A stretch of 20,000 nt of DNA from an uncultured virus (IMG/VR IMGVR_UViG_3300033069_001107) (Duplodnaviria > Heunggongvirae > Uroviricota > Caudoviricetes). The notes below the pieces were generated by a model that was not told where the DNA came from, made no database searches, and worked only from the letters and a program-made list of their open reading frames with translations. The DNA lies in the IMG/VR virus record IMGVR_UViG_3300033069_001107, positions 54,141 through 74,140 of that record, one strand, 5' to 3'. Below, one piece after another: positions 16,101-20,000 of the stretch (position 1 is the first letter of the stretch; every line of letters starts with the position of its first letter). A program made the translations under genes and the position numbers.

Positions 16101-16584
16101 CGACCCCGCACGCAAGGATGGTCAAGCCCTCGGGGTAACCGAGGGCCACTCGGCGCCGATGGATGAACTGAAGATCCCCGTCGATGTTGCTCTTGCACGC
16201 GATCGCGACGCGCTTGGGTACCTTCTCCATCGCGCAACGAACGAGGTACAGCGCCTTGTACGAGATGTTGTGGAACCCACCTTCTCGCACGATCTGCTCA
16301 AACGCTTCGATAACGACCTTCGCCCCGTCCTCCTTGAAAGGCTGGTGATGGTTCGGTACGTTGTACCTGGGCAAGCTGGTCTTCCCGAAGAACTTCCTCG
16401 GGGCTTGTGGCGCGGTCGCGAGGATGATCACATCCCCGCTATCGTCGCCCGTTCCGTACGGCGTATAGTGGGTGTCTTTGAAGGCAGGGCACCCCATGCA
16501 CCCTGGGCCCGCCTTCTCAGGAAACGTGTTCTTCTGACAGACCTCGCACTCCGACACAGGGAGCGTGGGGATGGGTTGACCCAT
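13108..16584 (-). CDS. polA: Family A DNA polymerase with N-terminal UDG-family-4-like domain and 3'-5' exonuclease (1158 aa)
   Basis: Exonuclease motifs DTET, HNGKYD, DTML, YNAVD. Polymerase motifs TATDRLSS, NWQNVP, DAKGAE (A), R...KRVVFGMLFG (B), TVHDS (C). GAGGT RBS 5 nt before ATG 16584. Confidence 0.92.
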   Translation of the reverse strand: MGQPIPTLPVSECEVCQKNTFPEKAGPGCMGCPAFKDTHYTPYGTGDDSGDVIILATAPQAPRKFFGKTSLPRYNVPNHHQPFKEDGAKVVIEAFEQIVREGGFHNISYKALYLVRCAMEKVPKRVAIACKSNIDGDLQFIHRRRVALGYPEGLTILACGVDVVHALGIHVRKEKEALGRVFEVTYEGIPLRVIPTRSLSAYASAIGKYNTLLADVERAVKIAKGVAPATISREDLMRGYIFPRDEKEVTEVIDLVLNYSAGGISPRDWSVASDTETNTLHPHWVGYKLLSVGFSWDTGKATAIAVDHPDTPYDPVYVKRELKRAFEADKKWIWHNGKYDQKALWHGLKLPRRMIGRPGWDTMLAEHIIEEAKPEEYGLKPLVKRFFPALSGYEDQLQATLESQDGALNGVTEGAVEIKGTEVLNLPPAVLEALQRAIAAKLIGSAKFRPSTIEKLLASQTLQDLHRQDLQILLKAHAGGEFNQKAKKAAQKAEQLKAEQMGGYQGAALPDLLFYNAVDCDVTRRLALVQAERMEKEDTALELARRRTEDDITLEERMGGTPKYRVLRLCPDQSPQIKILREFKLPRQVELAKIEDQGVNIDLDYLKWGAEKLEMVVGASGAQIFEMCGETFDLTPRQIANHLFFGGVGYIHPNPEHAEEIAKANPDTVLYQNGRITYRPLAFTATHQIQTGAPVLQALVSRYKCPLSNLILSRKKAEKARVSVFGNAYQLATMFGDNHLHGGYNLTGTATDRLSSSSGVRKIGFNWQNVPKGLLGALRDTRGRLALDDQGVPIFDGVNCKKLIIPDDPSMCFGNADAKGAEVTIFGTYAAAFDGGEALVNALIGGMDPHCFFGSEALNPQLVAAGLQGEDRRLALERAGIDDDHAWSYEDFFTRETYKKKGVGNGNFDDPKTWETPSLVRYALQLDALRDNIKRVVFGMLFGAGITKISEIAGISLELAQKIRDLLFSKFPSIPTYMEHTKWEVQQFGLVETFHGGRRRCPMDVSKIPKGLLARFQRQGINFKIQRTNSDIVLMVLCWIAEILERDMGGRVLLTVHDSIGFQVPKKYAHQIPDLFLEQGTKRVAKECPWLKSPYRWDVALGPSYGEYQKAKDYIAALPPPVPEAALDGYNEEDIEYNLINHEEFDLTRETSQDLTVG

Positions 16585-16592
16585 TCATGACC

Positions 16593-19500
16593 TCACACAT
16601 TCGTCTTGGGGGATGGGGCGGTGGCGGAGGGCGCTTGCGTGTCCGTCGGTTGCGCAGGCTTCCTCTGCGTGCTCTCTCGAAGAAGAGTCACAACCTCCTT
16701 GAAGTGAATCACGGAGATCAGCATGGTGGGTGCAGGGTTTCCGCACGCCGCCATGAACTCCCGAACTTGCAACTCTGCGTACTCTGCCTGCGGGACTGCG
16801 AGCGGATGTTGGTCAAGTAGATGCTTGAGTCGGAATGCCTGCTCACGAGAGTACTCGGTCCGGTGGAGGATTCCGCCGTTCGACTGGACCGCGATCCAAT
16901 CGATGACGAGAACCCCCTTCGACTCATCGTAGAGCACCCCGTGGGAGGTGCTGTTCAGACGAGGGGTATTCTCCCGATCTCCCAGCAGGTTGATCACAGA
17001 CGTGAAGTGGTTGCCGAGGCGAATAGAGCTCGAACGGATAAGCGTCTCCATCAGGATCAAGTGCGGAGACGACTGCTGATAAAGCTCCTGCGTCCCGAGG
17101 CGAACTCTTGCCGAAGAGATGACCAGCTCTCGCCAGTTACCGCCCAACATGTCGCACATCGCAGCGGGTCCGTAGAAGTTACGGACAAATCGGGTGTCCA
17201 CATCGAACGGGAAGAACCCCTTGGTGTTCATCTCACGCACCACATCGGCGTAGTGCTTGCGGTAGAGATCGTGGAACTTGAACAGCCCCACGTTGAGCAC
17301 CCGCCGCATCTCCGCGAACTCTTCCGGTGTAACGTTCGCGGAGATGTGTGTCGTGGGATTGGGGTGTCCCTTCTTGGCAACCGTCTGAATCTCCAGGCGC
17401 CGGTTGGCGTCCTGGACGTTCTTGGGGAGGTGGACGGAGGTAGCGATCGTGTTGAACCAAAGCGTCAAGTACGTCGTCTGCCCGTTGATGACGCGGCTGA
17501 TCTGCGCGCCACCCTCAAAGCCTGACTGTCGGAACAACTCAAGCAGGTTGTTGACCTGTCGCGACTTCATCTCGTTGTCCGCCTCGGCGGAAAACTCATC
17601 CAGCGCGCAGGTGTTCGAGGCGCCGTTGAAGCCATTGTAGATCGACGCAGGGCTGTAGTTCGTAAGGTACTGGATAAAGTCCAGGAGCTGGAGGTGCGGA
17701 ATCTGACCCCCGCAGAACAAGGCCATCAGGCTGGACTTGCCCGTCTGCGACGGGCCGACAATGTGAAGGTGGACCTTCTCCGGACGGAAGTGGGGCATCG
17801 CAAGATCCGCCAAGAAGTATGCGATGAGCAGTGAGTCGCTGTTGCCGCCCTTGAGGCTCCAAGCAGGCATGATCTTGGTCGCGATGTCCTTGACCACCTG
17901 CTTGACGCGCGCGAGCGTCACATTGTTCCCCTCCTCCAGATCTGCCAAGGAGTTGATCACGGTTCGATGCTTGACCGGGGTCGTGGCGAAGATCCGATTG
18001 CCGTCCGTAGGTCCGTCGAGCGTGCGCCACTGCATCGTGCCGTCTGCGCGGTAATGCCCCGAGTAAACAACCGTCCCCAGGTTCAGGTACTGGATCGTCC
18101 CGCCAAACCCATCGTCGCGGCTGTGGGGACCCAGGCCGATGTATTCACAGGAGTTCTTTGCCGGGATCCCCTGGTAAAGCGCCTGAAGCGCGATCCCGGT
18201 GTAGTCACCCAGTGAGCGCTGAAGCTCCTTGATGACTGACGCCGTCTTCTCGACTCGTGACTCAACCAACCACAGCGGAATACCAATACGCTGCTGGAAG
18301 TAGGTATAGATATCGCCCACCACGTTCGAGAGCGCGGCCAGCGTACCCGGGTTGTCCCCCGCCATGAACGCCACCGGCTTGCGACTCTCTCGATGGTAGG
18401 TAGTCACCTTGGCGCCGCGAGGGGTGTCCTCTCGATAAAGGAAGTAGAAGTCGTTGCTCAGCGTCTCAACGACCCGCTGGATGAAGCCCGCCTCGTCGTC
18501 CTGCCCCTTGATGATGAGGGCCCGGATCTCGGCCGGGGAGAGCGACAGCACCTGGGCAATCCGGTCCAGGTAGCTGGCCAACTGCGCGGGGTGGCGAACG
18601 CACTCACCGAACTTGGCCGCGAGGTCGGTCTTCTCGCGAACCCCGGAGATCTCCAGCGCGTCAACGCTTGCACGTTGAAACGCCCACTCGTCACAAGTGA
18701 CGAACACCTTCCGGTAGTTCGCCAGGACGCACTCCCGAAAGTGCTCAAAGCCCAGGATGCGAACAACGTCATCGGGATCCTTCACGAAGCCGTTACTGGA
18801 CGCGAGGTTGTCCCATTGATTGAAGACAAAGGCGTTCAGCTGTGCGCAGCTTGAGAGTCGGTCGCGAAGCCACACCTCGCCGCGCCCACGGCTCGGAGAG
18901 GGGTGGTCATGAAGGAAGTAGGCGCTGTCGAAGCCCGCCTGCGTGAGTGAGTCCGTGTCATTGGCGAGTCCGCACGTACCGATGACCAGCCAGCCCTCGT
19001 TGCTGTTTTCGATCAGCGCTTCCGCGATGGTCAGCGTGTCGTTCTCACCCTCCACCACCAGGAGCTTGAGGCTCTCACGCTCCTTGTAAGAGATGTTGGC
19101 GAGGTGGGGTGCGTAAAGCCCAAAGTATCCGTTGGGTTCGTCTTCCGAGAATCCAGGCAACACCAGGATGTTGCCATCCTTCTGGTTCTCGGTGTCCGGA
19201 CGCCGCAGGCGAATGCGAGCAGGTGTTGAGATGTCGTGCCCGGTGATGAACACAACCGCGTGGCTCCACTCCGCACCGGGGTGCTTCGCCAGCTCGCGGA
19301 CCACGTCCAGGATCTTGTCCCTTCGCTCTGCGGAGTAGCGCGAAGGGGCGTCGCTCGCATACCCCTGACTGGCGAGTGAGAGGACCCGTTGTTCGCACAG
19401 GGAGATCAGGGTCGCAGGGGTCGGCCATACGCCGTACGGCATCGTATGGATCAGGTCGCGCTTGTGCCCGCGTTGCTCGAAGAGCCAGTCGATCGCGGCC

Positions 19501-20000
19501 TCGCCAAGCCGTGCGGTGAGGCCCGCTCCTTTGTCCCCTGCGCCTTCCTGGGGGTGGGTGAGGTCGATCAGATGCTTGTTGGTCGCCCACGCGATTGCCT
19601 TCAAGGCTTCCCTGTGGATATCGAGGCGGTCGTACTGAGCTTCGAGCTTCTCCGGAACCAGCCGAACGCCTGTGACCGCCTGGAGTTCCTTCAGGGATTG
19701 CGCGTACCCCCATCCGAGCTTCGAGTCCTGGAACAACTGAAGGAGGTTGCGCGTCCGGTAGTGACAGACGTTGCAGCTTGCGACGCCCGTGCGGAAGTCA
19801 ACCTCGAACGAGGGGTGGTGGTCTGGGTGCCCCGGGAGCACACAGTGCATGCGCAGACGCTGAGCCCCCTTCTGCTGAGGGTCAGAGTCTGGCAGGTAGC
19901 GGCGAAAGACATGCCCCAGCTGAGAGATGTCTACGCGTCGGAACAGCTCAACCGCGTCCCGATTGGAGAGCGACGGCGTAGAGGCACCTTTGCCACGAGA
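16593..20000 (-). CDS. Primase-helicase fusion (CHC2-like Zn finger + TOPRIM + P-loop AAA+/SF3-like helicase), at least 1135 aa, 5' end beyond the window
   Basis: C-x4-H...CNVC Zn finger. VVEGEND (EGEND at 19038-19052) and KDPDD TOPRIM motifs. GPSQTGKS Walker A (17733-17756), ALDEF Walker B, NRR putative Arg finger. The frame stays open for 50 codons from 19851 to 20000. Confidence 0.85.
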   Translation of the reverse strand, partial: SRGKGASTPSLSNRDAVELFRRVDISQLGHVFRRYLPDSDPQQKGAQRLRMHCVLPGHPDHHPSFEVDFRTGVASCNVCHYRTRNLLQLFQDSKLGWGYAQSLKELQAVTGVRLVPEKLEAQYDRLDIHREALKAIAWATNKHLIDLTHPQEGAGDKGAGLTARLGEAAIDWLFEQRGHKRDLIHTMPYGVWPTPATLISLCEQRVLSLASQGYASDAPSRYSAERRDKILDVVRELAKHPGAEWSHAVVFITGHDISTPARIRLRRPDTENQKDGNILVLPGFSEDEPNGYFGLYAPHLANISYKERESLKLLVVEGENDTLTIAEALIENSNEGWLVIGTCGLANDTDSLTQAGFDSAYFLHDHPSPSRGRGEVWLRDRLSSCAQLNAFVFNQWDNLASSNGFVKDPDDVVRILGFEHFRECVLANYRKVFVTCDEWAFQRASVDALEISGVREKTDLAAKFGECVRHPAQLASYLDRIAQVLSLSPAEIRALIIKGQDDEAGFIQRVVETLSNDFYFLYREDTPRGAKVTTYHRESRKPVAFMAGDNPGTLAALSNVVGDIYTYFQQRIGIPLWLVESRVEKTASVIKELQRSLGDYTGIALQALYQGIPAKNSCEYIGLGPHSRDDGFGGTIQYLNLGTVVYSGHYRADGTMQWRTLDGPTDGNRIFATTPVKHRTVINSLADLEEGNNVTLARVKQVVKDIATKIMPAWSLKGGNSDSLLIAYFLADLAMPHFRPEKVHLHIVGPSQTGKSSLMALFCGGQIPHLQLLDFIQYLTNYSPASIYNGFNGASNTCALDEFSAEADNEMKSRQVNNLLELFRQSGFEGGAQISRVINGQTTYLTLWFNTIATSVHLPKNVQDANRRLEIQTVAKKGHPNPTTHISANVTPEEFAEMRRVLNVGLFKFHDLYRKHYADVVREMNTKGFFPFDVDTRFVRNFYGPAAMCDMLGGNWRELVISSARVRLGTQELYQQSSPHLILMETLIRSSSIRLGNHFTSVINLLGDRENTPRLNSTSHGVLYDESKGVLVIDWIAVQSNGGILHRTEYSREQAFRLKHLLDQHPLAVPQAEYAELQVREFMAACGNPAPTMLISVIHFKEVVTLLRESTQRKPAQPTDTQAPSATAPSPKTNV

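Larger units (their letters stand above)
1..20000. mobile_element. Segment of a large tailed dsDNA bacteriophage genome (free phage or prophage not distinguishable here)
   Basis: Co-occurrence of terminase large subunit, tail/baseplate-like genes, phage-type PolA, primase-helicase fusion, RuvC and NrdJ. Near-zero intergenic space with GTGA/TGATG overlaps. No host genes or integrase in the window. Confidence 0.93.

Noticed and set aside
13108..16584. Calling the polymerase DpoZ
   Set aside because: No purZ, datZ or mazZ in the window, and DpoZ-specific residues cannot be verified by eye.
3453..20000. Inteins or introns in NrdJ, TerL, PolA or the helicase (common insertion targets)
   Set aside because: Motif spacing is continuous, and no C/S...HN-C/S/T splice junctions or LAGLIDADG motifs were seen.
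1..20000. Stop-codon reassignment (nearly all genes end in TGA)
   Set aside because: All recognisable genes are full length under the standard code, and TGA preference is expected at high GC.

Overview
GC-rich, gene-dense fragment of a large tailed dsDNA phage genome, with no recognisable host housekeeping genes, RNA genes, CRISPR array, IS element or intein. It has four alternating blocks. (1) + strand tail/baseplate genes ending in an 880-aa tail-fibre-like protein, followed by a strong hairpin terminator. (2) - strand RuvC-like resolvase and class II (B12-dependent) ribonucleotide reductase NrdJ. (3) A + strand block of three tandem paralogous unknown proteins, a K-x-A-rich putative head-assembly protein, an unknown protein and a GpA-type terminase large subunit. 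(4) A - strand replication module: a DnaG-type primase fused to an AAA+/SF3-like helicase (5' end outside the window), a family A DNA polymerase and a stand-alone DEDDh exonuclease. Main points of interest: the polymerase has a probably inactive Fe-S uracil-DNA-glycosylase-like domain and non-canonical motifs A and B; the + strand block is wedged with no spacer into the - strand replication run, with a candidate promoter hidden inside ruvC; there is an unannotated three-member paralogue family; and one protein has 8 of its 11 lysines in K-x-A motifs. All calls come from motif reading by eye, and no database search was run.
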